From Oopsacas minuta (taxonomy: Eukaryota > Animalia > Porifera): 64,000 nt of DNA. The stretch is taken from NCBI GenBank assembly GCA_024704765.1, contig JAKMXF010000066.1, forward strand, positions 565,854 to 629,853, read 5' to 3'. This document shows, in pieces, positions 43,701 to 55,497 of this stretch. Both the position numbers and the translations under genes were made by a program. Each line of letters begins with the position of its first letter. Position 1 is the stretch's first letter. The notes under the pieces are model-generated. The model was not told the DNA's origin. It did no database searches and saw only the letters and a program-made list of their open reading frames with translations.

Positions 43701-46249
43701 CGTGTATTATCCCTGATATATTATTCCAAGATCTTCCTGGGAAGAGAGTATACAGCATAGACAAGGTTACAAAGAATAAACAGATTGGAGAGGGAGGATA
43801 TGGTAAAGTGTTTCGCGGTAAAGTATTCTCAATGATTACGTCACAGGAACAAGAGATAGCAGTGAAAGAAGTTCTATCAGCTGATGACCTACTTGAAAAC
43901 CCTGAAAATAAAAATGAACAGCATTACTTGGTGTATAAATCATGTTCAGTAGAAGTACGTGTGCTTGTACAGTTAAAACATGCTAACATACTTCAAATGG
44001 TTGGTGTCACAGTTTCTCCTTACTGTATTCTGATGGAAATAGCTCCACAGGGAGATCTAAACAAAATGATGAAGCTCTACAGCAAGGCTAAATCCTATAT
44101 CTCCTCATATGCTATTACAATGACCTGCAAGCAAGTAGCTTCAGCTCTTTCCTACCTTCATTCACTACGTATAATATACAGAGATCTAAAACCCAGCAAT
44201 ATACTTGTATTTGAATATCCACATCCAGTGACGGAGCAGAAAACTACTAACTGTGTTCTAGTTAAAGTAGCTGATTACGGGATAAGTTCATTTCTAGCTC
44301 CTTATGGAATAAAGAGCGGGGCTGGGACTGAGAAGTACATGGCCCCAGAGATCCTCAAAAAGAGCGGGGAACTCAGTAAGCCAGTTGACGTGTACTCATT
44401 CGGATTGGTAATTTACTGTCTCATAACTTTAGAGACTCCACACGTTAACGACCCTATTCCAATCTCTAAGCATAAAACCATTAAAGGAGCTAGACCCGAG
44501 GTCCCTGTTAAAGCTAGACCCCGAGCTATTTACTTATTGGACCTTATGCGTTGGTGCTGGGCACAAAATCCCAACGAAAGACCGTCCTTCATTCAAATTG
44601 AAGAAGTTTGTTCCACGGAATCTTTCCAGAGACTTCTATTCGCTTGTAAGGTTACTAAAAAGAAACGTAACCCTACTTGTGCTTGTCTGGTACAATCAAA
44701 TAGTAAAAGAATTGATCTGACATTACCTTTACTACGAAAACAACGTAGTTTTACGACAACTGATCAGTCAGTAGCCAGAAGAAAATCATCATCAACGACG
44801 CCCGATTTTCCACACTTATCCTTGAGCACTTCTACTGGAAATCTTGATGTATTCCATGAGGATAGGATATTGGAAGTTTCTGAAAATGGTAACAGTGAAA
44901 TAGCACCCCAGGAGAACCTGCAGAGACCTGAATGTTTGGAATTAAACCTTAATATAGTCCCTAAAACATCTTCCCCATTGATAACTTCCGATTTTGACAG
45001 TCTAGCATCTGATGGCGGGTCTCCTACCCTTACTCCAATAGATGAAGATATGATCCTTCTTAAGAAGCAATATCAACCTGTATCATTCCTAAAACAAGTA
45101 GTCTCGAGTGCATTCACGAACTCACAATTATGGTATGGCACTGGGGAAGGAAATCTGAACTTTTTTGAAGTTCTTGAGAAAGAATTTCGTGTGAAAGGAG
45201 CTCAGAAATTCAGTGATTCTCGCATACACTGCATGGTGAGCGCTGGCAAATTCGTGTGGATCGGTACTGACAACACAGGACTACATATTTTCTCTATTAA
45301 ATCACACAAATTGGTTGGTACTTGGGTGCAAAATGAGAAAATTAAGGGCAACCATCATAGGCAGATATTGAGTTTGATATACATAGAAGAATACGATTAT
45401 TTAATTGCTTCTTCAAGTCACGGCTCGCTATTTGTATTTCCTAAACCCTCAGATCCTGTTGAGAGCCCAATACCTTCGTTTGTTATTGATCAAGTCCATG
45501 CTGGTGTATGCATGACACTAATACGTCCTAATGATCAAGGTGTCCAAATGTGGTGTGGATCAGATAACTACAAGATTATCCTGTATTCATGTCAGCCAGA
45601 TGGCACGCTAATACCATCTCCAGATATATTTACGTTTGAAGGCCCTAAACGAGGGAAACGACCTAACATAGAACATATATGGTCATTTGATGAGAAAGAT
45701 AAAGTTATTTGCTCTGTCGGTTGTGAGTTAGGACAGTTGAGCATAACGAGTCCTTCTTGGTTACAATTCGTTAGTTGTACAACACTATTAAATCATTGTA
45801 GTAGTTATCAAGGTCGTATAACTGCTATGACAGGCTATCAAGGACTGCTGTATATCGGGACAGGGTGTGGAGCAATATTAATAATAGACCCTGAGGATTT
45901 AACCTTAATCGGGACTTTCCATGAATACAACGAGCCAGTACGTGTCCTTATACCAACTGAATCAAATTTCAACAGACTTGTAGCGAACCCTTCCACAAGA
46001 CGGCCCCAACAACCACACAGGGGTATGCTCACTGACCCCCTAAAGCAAAAACCGCAAGCCTTACTTATTAGCATTGGCCTTTGTTACAATGGTATAACTA
46101 AATCCTACACAAACACTCCTAAGACTCTTGAACCTGTTGTTGAATGGAGTTCTAATGATCATCAGGAGCCAACTAAGCCTCCTACAGAGGATGGTTATCT
46201 GTTGATATTCTCACTAAAGGGCTGGGCTAGTCCTGCTGGTGTTCAGTAG
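37712..46249 (+). CDS. LRRK1: LRRK1-like ROCO kinase (ANK-LRR-ROC-COR-kinase-WD40-like), single exon, 2845 aa
   Basis: Ankyrin repeats (GLTPLHRA, GDTPLHLA, MLHFAAAKGH); LRRs; ROC GDEGKGKTT and WDFAGKEEY; COR with CPKC and CPVH; kinase GEGGYG, YRDLKPSN, DYG, APE. Orthology to LRRK1 versus a lineage-specific LRRK is not resolved. Confidence 0.85.
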   Translation: MQTQDQGNLGWFKSYKKCLIHSLKQANTEYNENSLFITDGYNALHIGANLGEINILIFAVKCFITQPGITKLESVKSYVDTFDENGLTPLHRASMEGNWKCAKLLVRYGADMQLTSNGKYNALDFARRHRNPNNKETSNGLVKLSQELERNGFVMDQLEAQLEIICSQSINTHDAIQEISNLIINKHVDINFTDPIGDTPLHLACLANNEYLMVNLLFFKANTTCIRNEKSRTLLHYACKHMLSIRFFLANKFPYLLILRDSKGYFPMHLSAKKGDLKFLTFIFDRNAYPLSKTSNDTDSDDDTITDNLEPLTDVEDRDIRMRYVNKRQQRRSDPGVTKLELQKGCLNSRDSLEKGKHILKSKLRLKGKSVIPTESVKPMFDEFISTYKDPELKDADELSQDLSDISYCIKRLSLTDKSIDERSMLHFAAAKGHLEIVEFLIEVCDMHSNFSKKCCTVHDLVNRTTEFGLSPLTEALKNKHIEIAEFLLGNNASINSTTCRVLAGFLEENDPEQTLKFLHKLSKENTEDFFKVFTIEYTTDTPFISSLLHALMKEESYQLSTFLLTNKVKVNMEALIMAFTLCIVECRVEHLQLFIENFPEIQYNEELLTLEKFLNQTELRINFIYEAVKVKEIRLLNLLLQSGADPTVYKPNSLEKNLLYMAYKHSYLDNGELFLTLLEYGVTVNLQEAIEGVGNFANSYCIIWLLVLHVIETNLQPLSIKRRTSSLEIFNDRSLTYKGFVLWDDFGFQFVELKWISACAYIVDHLDAIVSDYRIANHTSFPKATDSGFYKFVVHHLKSSDTLTSIPTSFLKESNICKLSFQNNKLNGVPIEIFDLPHLKELNLSDNEITYIPERKSEFSLEWSDEEKMQSKYGCKSLKLLDVSNNKLQSLPADLFYLPKITEVEASNNKISFLPHELWLAESLTTLKLNRNLLRHLTKSEIDSLESGFCSSLNARATFFIRKRVETMPSFHIPITIQESNTEKSKNPLDFFPPTVIEDTTTNNSSDLSSTNTDSGTAGTQSQSISDRDRGQSVRHPLPIPNWTDYSSLQNIELSFNKFSIFPHDLACIAPKLQRLDMRNNNLKKLNILLDLPKSLHLILFDNNQITTLLEHLEPISCCSPCCYALPDRDKDHKPRWCSHHQVASFPLLQTISFNNNKLTEFPIEQLKENKSKNSFVLYPSILALSISENNFKEVPQGISVLTSITSLNLAFNKNITKIPLALKSLTNLFYINLSGLEIDGIPDYILRGQAPRLISHLASQSQDRRTHRTLKLFIMGDEGKGKTTLLSHLGKGKILLFGPECISRNLKPKHASVPYKPTIGVETSIWELNKPRRWDHGTTNSSPIQFICWDFAGKEEYFPAYQGFMCQRAIYIVVWDITDGYNGVKGLEKWLQSIEQNVPKSSCIIVGTFLNKIKMKKPTIKDMTEHIIGMFKKNTYLYPKILSVQFLDSFDEDKVFQLRELIYIEATKLSTKEKSNSIAVPILEKLVPLNQIRFLQYVTFIKDQSELQNKIRILTGFQFRGLVEKVWQGEFMENYEFQNAVKFLHSTGYLMHFEDDPELMDQYVINMEWLCQKFVAVLHTQIPLSEDQRTMKCGVVQKEKVYEILKKLEVHRNDFSKFISFMKKFEILIELSEKFFIFPSLLPKNKSEATQLTLKFNLSTNTSQLPDCISCPQIDNDTANSLSTVPSTLLLNIPTFGIGPAKPSKAVRKDSMKIAFSQWIRLYLTPLIPSDFWARLLSRVIADQSYLATLQNYLHIFLKIYQLNELDQVVAEITNILQWKVWNNGLGLYVGNDEILQVSYLLLPSLHFTDLMLVDNDPEEHPPIKGEFSGGVHVLVREWEGIKVDSNKIAKPFLPSENHEMMGDPSISLQLATWLLQRSAYHVEEVFDEWQEKLYTVRRSMFQSVSQRLSCYIPCPKCYHSLSKHIDPLKKKSMSPTILEEIDNIEMNTIHYIGQNAEEKEVIIEFYVYSIVYLCGLARDGKKLFCPVHGKIGMSCIIPDILFQDLPGKRVYSIDKVTKNKQIGEGGYGKVFRGKVFSMITSQEQEIAVKEVLSADDLLENPENKNEQHYLVYKSCSVEVRVLVQLKHANILQMVGVTVSPYCILMEIAPQGDLNKMMKLYSKAKSYISSYAITMTCKQVASALSYLHSLRIIYRDLKPSNILVFEYPHPVTEQKTTNCVLVKVADYGISSFLAPYGIKSGAGTEKYMAPEILKKSGELSKPVDVYSFGLVIYCLITLETPHVNDPIPISKHKTIKGARPEVPVKARPRAIYLLDLMRWCWAQNPNERPSFIQIEEVCSTESFQRLLFACKVTKKKRNPTCACLVQSNSKRIDLTLPLLRKQRSFTTTDQSVARRKSSSTTPDFPHLSLSTSTGNLDVFHEDRILEVSENGNSEIAPQENLQRPECLELNLNIVPKTSSPLITSDFDSLASDGGSPTLTPIDEDMILLKKQYQPVSFLKQVVSSAFTNSQLWYGTGEGNLNFFEVLEKEFRVKGAQKFSDSRIHCMVSAGKFVWIGTDNTGLHIFSIKSHKLVGTWVQNEKIKGNHHRQILSLIYIEEYDYLIASSSHGSLFVFPKPSDPVESPIPSFVIDQVHAGVCMTLIRPNDQGVQMWCGSDNYKIILYSCQPDGTLIPSPDIFTFEGPKRGKRPNIEHIWSFDEKDKVICSVGCELGQLSITSPSWLQFVSCTTLLNHCSSYQGRITAMTGYQGLLYIGTGCGAILIIDPEDLTLIGTFHEYNEPVRVLIPTESNFNRLVANPSTRRPQQPHRGMLTDPLKQKPQALLISIGLCYNGITKSYTNTPKTLEPVVEWSSNDHQEPTKPPTEDGYLLIFSLKGWASPAGVQ

Positions 46250-46600
46250 CTGCGCTTTTAACAACTACAAGGTGTGATGGTAGTTTTGTATCAATACAAT
46301 TTGTTATTTTAATATCATATTTATACAAGTTATTATTTGTTGTTATTTTGGATGTTTTTATATTATAAGTATATTCTTGCAAACACTGGTTTGTTTAGAA
46401 TTTATTAAAGAAGCTGGAAGACCTCAAGGGCTGATTTTTGGCATGCAGGGGCATTTTGGACCAGGCTCGGACGTAAATTCACACATTTGACGGAATTATG
46501 ACATAATTGTCACCTTTTTGTCAACACCTGCATTTCAAATATCTTATAGATTATTTCCATTTTAATTTTACAAGATAGATAATTTCCAAATTATACAAGA

Positions 46601-47377
46601 ATGGCCACCAGATCCCCTGTTAAGACCCGCATGATAGCAGGAGAATCATTCCTATTAGAATCTCTACCAATTAACACACTGAATAGTATGCATGCTCTTG
46701 TATCAAGGTTACGTAATCCTACTCTCTACATTTTCCCTGCAGACAGACAGACTGTTGTATCACTAGCAGAGACAATCGCAACCAGATCCTTGCTACAAGC
46801 AATGCACATCCCTTTCACTGAAGTAGAACGTTATAATGCTGATCACATGTCACCTAATGGTCTACTACCTTTACTAATACAAGATGCCCAGGTAGTAGGA
46901 GGCTACGAGAAGATATTAGATATAGTTAATACCATGTTCCCACACTTACTAGCTAATACTGATAAAGCAGCTTATAACGTTATTACAACGGTAATAAGAC
47001 CTACTCTAAATTACTGTCAATTTCTAACTAACGATACTGTAGTCAATGGATATGATATTGTATCTGTCAAACTACCTTTCCCGATAAACCACATTGTGCC
47101 TTTCCAGCAACATCTCCGTTTACGTATAGATTACTATGGAGTTTCTGAGAGAAAAATATTCCAAGAACTTGATACTGCTTTTCATGATCTTAACGTATTC
47201 ACTGGTAAAGGTATTTACCCTCAAACAGACAAGCATTTAGCTTTCAGTTTCCGTCTCTACGGATATTTGTATGCTATAATAGATGGATTTCTTGAAGAGG
47301 GAAAGGTTAGGAGGCTGTTACAGAGATATAGTGAGCTGAATTCGTTCTATGACAAAATGAGTGAGATAAACAACTGA
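46601..47377 (+). CDS. MTX2: Metaxin-2-like mitochondrial outer-membrane protein
   Basis: SLLQAMHIPF...YNADHMSPNGLLPLL matches the metaxin-2 NAEYMSPSGKVPF pattern; LPFPINHIV. Confidence 0.75.
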   Translation: MATRSPVKTRMIAGESFLLESLPINTLNSMHALVSRLRNPTLYIFPADRQTVVSLAETIATRSLLQAMHIPFTEVERYNADHMSPNGLLPLLIQDAQVVGGYEKILDIVNTMFPHLLANTDKAAYNVITTVIRPTLNYCQFLTNDTVVNGYDIVSVKLPFPINHIVPFQQHLRLRIDYYGVSERKIFQELDTAFHDLNVFTGKGIYPQTDKHLAFSFRLYGYLYAIIDGFLEEGKVRRLLQRYSELNSFYDKMSEINN

Positions 47378-47661
47378 TTTATGTATATTCAAACTCTATA
47401 CAGGCTTTTGTATTTATCAAACTTTGTTTACGAAACTCTCTGCTGAATATTCCCATAATTTGTTTTGCTATTACCTGTTGGTTTCCGTTATCCTATAGGA
47501 TATTCCACTCATTGCATTTGGGTTAACTCTTATAATCTAAGAAGCATTTTTCCATCAAATATACATTTACACACACACTCTGATACTATAACATTAATCA
47601 ATAAAATCACTATTATAACTGTAGCCATCAGCTGGCATATCTCCCATCCACTCAGCATTCT

Positions 47662-47973
47662 CTATATAGTACTGCTCATAATTTCATTTTTGCCATTTCT
47701 CTTGCAGTAATAATATTGTATTTGTTCCCATCTACACACACAGCACCTAATAGTAAGTGAAATGCAAATACAGGAGATTACTGCTACTCCTATACCGACA
47801 GCATATCCTATTCTTTTTGCCACGCAAGTACTATTACAATGCATTTCTGTATCTACGTAATCTGTGACATTGGAAGTATACTCGCCATCTTTTTTACATT
47901 GTACTGATTGTATTGAGCATGTTAACAATACAGATCCTATGAAAATCACCAGAAAATAGTCAATATTTTTCAT
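47662..47973 (-). CDS. Small Cys-rich single-pass membrane protein, 103 aa
   Basis: Signal-like N-terminus, short Cys-containing ectodomain, TM, juxtamembrane CCVC; CAG 3 nt before the ATG. Confidence 0.5.
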   Translation of the reverse strand: MKNIDYFLVIFIGSVLLTCSIQSVQCKKDGEYTSNVTDYVDTEMHCNSTCVAKRIGYAVGIGVAVISCICISLTIRCCVCRWEQIQYYYCKRNGKNEIMSSTI

Positions 47974-48425
47974 TTTCTGGAAAGCATGTCCGCTATTCTA
48001 TTTATATGTAATATTATTTGTGTGTATTGTAAAGCTATTTGCATATATGGGTATTAATTGGATAATTAATACTGATAGCATACACTATATGATGATGGAA
48101 TTTTGAGAACTTTGTGGTGACATTTGAAGTGTTTGTTAGCTCTAAATCTACACATCTATAGTATACGTTTCCCCTTATGGTTGAGTGATGAATTGGTACT
48201 GAGAATTATAATTGGGAACATATAAGAAGGATATTATTATGCTGTTCTCCATTATAAGTATTCTGAACTCAAATTACCCTAGAAATCTGATCCCAAATAG
48301 ATGTAATCATATTGAATCAACTTCGAGCTGCACTTCTGGCATATCCCCTTACAATTGCATAGATTCAAACGCCGATTTAAAACCATATAGTAACGAAATA
48401 TCTATTCATTCAACCTATATCATGA

Positions 48426-50819
48426 CTACAAAGCTTGTAATATAGCAAACACAACACTAACCATCATTGCATACATCATATTAGGCTGTGATACAATATA
48501 CATTGTGTAAGAATACAATACTATTAGGCCTAGATTGACTACACCGTATGGGATATGTAGATCAGGAATTAGAGGTTCTTCTCCGCTAATACACCGCATT
48601 AGTACTCCAACGCTACACACAATTATATGTAGTAAGAATGTATCTGAATGTAATCTTGTAAAACCTGTAGTTTCTATTTCTCTCAGCCAGGCTATTAGTG
48701 AAGGTATTGTTAATCCAATTAGCCATAATAACAACACTAAACTCCAGCTAACTAATGTTTGATTCTTTAGTTTGTTACCGATATAAGACAGATGTGTTAA
48801 GATAAATAATATTATTAATCCGAGAGATGAACAAAAATATGCAAGTATGCCAAGTATGAGAAATAGTGTTGTTAATAGGATAATGGGAAATCTGTTTGTA
48901 AATCTTGCACCGAGCCTGATTAGACTTAAGTTTGCAAGTTGTAGAAGTTTCGCAGTGATGCCAAATATGGAGAATACTGTGAAATGGAACATTAGAATAA
49001 CCAGTGACTCTATCCCATACTCAAAGAACATTATAAATATACAGACAACTAGCATTACAAGTTGTTCTTCTAACTCAGATAAAACATCTAAACTAGCTTG
49101 TATTAGTATAGCTAGCAAACTCCAGTGAGTTATCAAATGGAGATGAAGAGTAATGAAATTGAATAACGTAACCCACCAGCTAGCTGTAATCTCAATACTG
49201 AATTCACAGTTATCTTCTAACTGCCATAACTCAAGTTGAAACTTCCCAGGAACAAATCCTATCTTCTCTGGACGAATATAGAAATCTATTGGTTGTTTTG
49301 TGTGTACTTTCTTATCGCTAATACCATCAGACGTCTCCACTACAGATAATTTTCCTGCATTGCATTTACCCACTAATATCACTACCCTGTAAGCTATATG
49401 CATTGGCCAGGTAGCAACGAGTTCTACTGTCGTATGGGAATTGTGTGTATTGATATTTATTTGTTTAGAGTGTGTACCCATTGGGAAAGGTGTTGGTAAG
49501 AAATATCTATGTGAGCTACTCTTCATATTTCTTATTATCGTAATCTGTGTGAAAGTATTCACATTGATAATGTATTGGTCTTGTTCTATTGGAGTTATAC
49601 GGAATACTTTAGTGTTCTGTTGAGCTATTGGGAGAAGTTCAACATGTTCGGCCGAGATCAAGCTACAATTGTTCATATTATGATCTGGACAGCTGATTAG
49701 AGTTGTATTCAAACTCAGAGATATTAGTATGACGTCATTATGGGTACCTACAACCTTGGTGCTTAGACATGTGTTACCAGATTCAATTCTAAAAGTCCTA
49801 TCATAAGAATCTAACTCATGTTGACACTTTATCGTGTTTGTTAATAACTTCGGTGTCTTAAACCCAAATTTTATTTCTTCCTCAAATATCCTCATTACTG
49901 TTTGAGAGTTTTTCAATTTCCCAGTTGAATTGCTAATACTATTAACCAAGCTTTTAGCTATAAGAACCTGTAATTCTTTACACCATACAATACATCTATG
50001 ATCTGCTATAGTCCATACTCTTGGTATCTCAGTTGTTACCATAGAAAAGCTCTTCTCATATTCACCCTCTAGTTGTATGAGATCAGAAGATACTTGTACA
50101 TCACTGTATCCCCCTCCTATTGAGATTATAATAGGTTTAGCTGTACTTGGGGATAGCCATTTATCCTGCATTTGGCTATAGTATGCTTCCATAAGACTGT
50201 CGAATAATAACGGGGGAGCTAGATGAGGAGTAGCTAGAGTTATGATTAGAGGAATATCCTTGTTTGTGACGTCACTCATCATTAACATTCCTCTAGCTAT
50301 TATTCCACCCATTGAGTGGCCTATTATAATAACTTTGTTGTGGATTGTGTTTTGGTAGAATTTATTCTTTAAGAATTTTACACATTCAACGACGAATTGA
50401 GTCTGTGTCCAAAGGTACCCACCGTGTAGTGCTGAGATCTCTTCTTGCAAGTCCACTGAGAAAAAAGTGAATCTTATTTTCTGTCCTTTCGGGCTCTTTG
50501 TTTGTCCTGCTAGATACATCGTATGTGTAGCTATTGATCGGACCTGTTCATGAGAACCGCTACTACCGGGGATGAATAACACAGGAATACCAAGGTTCTC
50601 CAAAGTGTCACGGCCCTTTTCTGTGTACAAATACAGAGAATAGTCCTTGAATTGCATTCGTATTGTGTGGTCAAGAGGGATTTGATAGTACCCAGGTTTC
50701 CCGTACATGAAAGACATTTGACATGTGTGTTCAGTTGGCAGATATGGTCGCTGATCTACCCATATTAGAAATGCGAAGAATACTACGATAACTGTTTGCA
50801 ATGGAAATATATTCACCAT
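48426..50819 (-). CDS. PGAP1: GPI inositol-deacylase, intronless, 797 aa
   Basis: GIPVLFIPGSSGSHEQVRS, GHSMGG lipase motif, DHRCIVWC, multi-TM C-terminus. Confidence 0.9.
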   Translation of the reverse strand: MVNIFPLQTVIVVFFAFLIWVDQRPYLPTEHTCQMSFMYGKPGYYQIPLDHTIRMQFKDYSLYLYTEKGRDTLENLGIPVLFIPGSSGSHEQVRSIATHTMYLAGQTKSPKGQKIRFTFFSVDLQEEISALHGGYLWTQTQFVVECVKFLKNKFYQNTIHNKVIIIGHSMGGIIARGMLMMSDVTNKDIPLIITLATPHLAPPLLFDSLMEAYYSQMQDKWLSPSTAKPIIISIGGGYSDVQVSSDLIQLEGEYEKSFSMVTTEIPRVWTIADHRCIVWCKELQVLIAKSLVNSISNSTGKLKNSQTVMRIFEEEIKFGFKTPKLLTNTIKCQHELDSYDRTFRIESGNTCLSTKVVGTHNDVILISLSLNTTLISCPDHNMNNCSLISAEHVELLPIAQQNTKVFRITPIEQDQYIINVNTFTQITIIRNMKSSSHRYFLPTPFPMGTHSKQININTHNSHTTVELVATWPMHIAYRVVILVGKCNAGKLSVVETSDGISDKKVHTKQPIDFYIRPEKIGFVPGKFQLELWQLEDNCEFSIEITASWWVTLFNFITLHLHLITHWSLLAILIQASLDVLSELEEQLVMLVVCIFIMFFEYGIESLVILMFHFTVFSIFGITAKLLQLANLSLIRLGARFTNRFPIILLTTLFLILGILAYFCSSLGLIILFILTHLSYIGNKLKNQTLVSWSLVLLLWLIGLTIPSLIAWLREIETTGFTRLHSDTFLLHIIVCSVGVLMRCISGEEPLIPDLHIPYGVVNLGLIVLYSYTMYIVSQPNMMYAMMVSVVFAILQAL

Positions 50820-50974
50820 TTCTCTGTGTAATATAATATGGATTGTGACTCTAAGTGGCTTATTACATTTATTAATAATATGGTAATGTTATAATCTATT
50901 ACGACGGCCTTGTTTTGCAAAATGAAAGTGATACGGCATCTTTGTGCAGCAGTTTATATTCTAAAATTAGTTTA

Positions 50975-52532
50975 ATGGAGCAGTTGTTAGAGACAAGAGA
51001 GAGTTTAGTGAATTCTTGGAATTATCTTCTTATTGAGAGTATAAGCTTAGATTCATGGGGACAAGTGATAGAAGCTAGTCATGGTTATAAAATGTATGTG
51101 TATACGCACAGCAAACTATTAGTAGAGGGTTATTTACATTAAATTGTTTACAGGTTATCTCGTAGTATAAGTGAGGCTATTAGCTATTCAGGACAGTTCT
51201 CTTACAAGGAGAAAGTTTGTTTCTCATTTGTTACTTGATTTGTTTCTTTATCTATTTTTGATGACTTAATACTTTAGAAAGAACTGGATCATGCCAGAGA
51301 AATAATCCAAGAGAGATCAAGGATACTAGAAGCAAGTGTTTTACAAATTGTTGTTATTGTTTTGTTTAATAAATTCATATTTTAGTGTACAGATTTGACT
51401 CAGAATTCTTCAGAAAATATAGGCGGGATCAGATCAATAATTCCTGGTATGTAATTCGTCCCGTTTCAGACCGTACGCGGTTACTCAGTTAAATATTTAA
51501 ATGATCTCCTTCTAGTTTTGGAACAATTAAAAAGTGAACCAGTAGATGTTTCTAATGAGACAGATGTAACAGAACAATTAGAAAACACAAAATTAATCAA
51601 AGACACATTGTAAGGCATTAATAGCATTGCTTAGTGATTAAATACGATAATTTACAAGTAATGTAAATTATTTATTTATTTCCACTTCTGTTAGAGAACC
51701 TCCTAAGACAGAGTTATTACTGAATGAAGATAATACTGATGTCTTACAGCAGATATCCTATAACAGTCAGTTAATTATTCCAATAACTTGACCTAATCTG
51801 TATATTACCTATTTACGTATTGTTTATTCAATTATTAATATTATAGAAGAAGGCCTCAGTAACTTGCTACCAGAACCCATACATGAACAAGGAATGTCTT
51901 ACTTCAGTGTTAGAATTGAGAAAATTGGTCTTAAGAATGCACAATCATTAGTAGACCCTTCTATAACTATCTTGGTTAAAAGTAATAAATGAATGCTTGA
52001 ATTTATACAATCAATAAGTAATATGGAAATCTCAATTTAGACAAGAAGGGGGATGACTTAAGTCCCTCACAGAGCACTCCGATCACTCATAAAACAGATA
52101 TTTGTTATATTTGGTTTAATCAGACAGTTTACATACAAAATAGCTTACAGTCTCTTGATAAAGGTACACAGCACGTTTCTCTAGTATTTATCTTTAATAT
52201 TATAGATTTATACATTTGTAGAAGATAGAATTTATTTTATTTTGCAACATTTTAAGCAGAAAGAAAACAAAATTAGTACAAGAGGTTTCTCAATCCTGGA
52301 ACTTGATGAGATAGAAGAAGGAATAATTGCTCTGGAAATGTGAGTAAGACAAATACAATTGTATATGATAACTGTCAAAAAAATCTAAAATACGATCTGT
52401 GCCGACAGCACATTCTTCTTAATTTCATTTTATAGCTACAAAAAGCCTGTTCAATTCAAGAAGAAAAAGCTGTCCCTACTCTCAGTAAAACCTCTCTACC
52501 TACATCTAACCCTCCACATTACACATAACTAA
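50975..52532 (+). CDS. AIDA: Axin interactor, dorsalization-associated protein, multi-exon
   Basis: LDSWGQVIEA; VRIEKIGLKNAQSLVDPSITILVK; terminal YKKPVQFKKKKLSLLSVKPLYLHL. Internal exon boundaries are approximate. Confidence 0.85.
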
Positions 52533-53484
52533 TGAATCATATGAAACTATTTTAAATCTATTAATATATTAATTCTCTAATTAATGTTACACTAATTGAA
52601 TATTATCAAATGACAAGGAAACTTGTTTAGCCCGAATTCATTATTTTAATTCTATTGTTTTTCTACCACAAATTACATAGTTTATTTCTATAGTTATTAT
52701 CCATGAACTGCTGTTTTGAATCTGAATAGAAGCTTTATTATCGAATCAATGAATTTATAATTATTCTATCAAGCTCAGTGAATGAACTGACCAGATTATC
52801 ATATACGTATATGACCATATTTACATAATGCTCAGATAATATCTGTGTGGCTTTATTTGGTAGAGATTCTTATGTATTTATCCTAAGAGTAAGCCTTTAG
52901 ATCCATAAAATGCAATTTTAGGGTATTATTTGGGGGAAAGGCACAAAAATAGAGTTCATTTTAACGAAGCTAGATATTCTAATCGCGTCATTAGCGAGGA
53001 AAGCGCATTAATTTACGCTCTTCGGGGAATCACTGCGTTAGCAATTTTAACCATAACGACGCTATATCTACCTTGACTACTGAATAACCCGAGCAGATAT
53101 TTAAATCTGACCTTTAATAAGCAATAATTATACAAAATATCACGACAGATTGCTTACATACAGCCCACTAACTACACCTGCTGTATAACTTAATATATTA
53201 TTCTAATTTATTGGAATATATTTTATCTACTCACATGTTGTATGTACTTTATACTGTTTACAGGGGCACCTATTGATGGTTGCTGTTTGTAATTACTTGT
53301 ACTGATTTGCCTGGCACATACATCTCAAATTCGGATACTAAGGTCAGTCGTATTTGTATAAATCAGACCATTTGAATGCTAGATTATTCCAACTTAATAA
53401 TTAGAGAAATATATCTGAATATAAGGACGATATGATTATCGTTCATTTTGGAATTTATATTTACTTAACAAGGGCTTCTTGATA

Positions 53485-53582
53485 CAGTGTAACCTCCACA
53501 AACGGGAAACTCCTGGAAATGGAGTGAAAATAGAGGGGAGTATTTTTCGGCGTCCCTGGCACCCCTTGGGGAGGTTACACTG
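53485..53582. mobile_element. MITE family B copy
   Basis: TA|CAGTGTAACCTCCACAAA...GAGGTTACACTG|TA. Confidence 0.8.
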
Positions 53583-53947
53583 TATACCAAAAAAAGTGTG
53601 AGAATCGCGCATATTTCGACAGGACATGATCCTTAAAAACTGTCTTGAAACCTGGAAATTAGCGTGCAATTGTTAACCTTTTATCAATCAATCTCATATA
53701 GTGAGACCATGTCCATACATTACGTAATATTTGTTAGGCTGTATGTCTATTTATTTGTCCTCTATAATACATACTGAGCTGTACTTGTCGTAGCCACTAA
53801 CAGTGAACCTATTCCATATAAATATGCACTGAATACAATTCAATAGAATTCATAAGATTTCGGGAAATTTTACGCTGCTGCTGTATCTCTCCTATTTAAA
53901 TCTTAATTATTTATATATTACATTATAACTAAGATATATTAGCTGTA

Positions 53948-55497
<1,550 letters not shown>

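Noticed and set aside
47560-47661. Readthrough or frameshift extension of the small TM protein
   Set aside because: No recognised readthrough context or slippery site, and the downstream frames show no homology.
52980-53070. GC-richer CpG-containing patch upstream of PP1 as an ncRNA
   Set aside because: No tRNA or snRNA fold or box motifs recognised; it could be promoter or repeat sequence.
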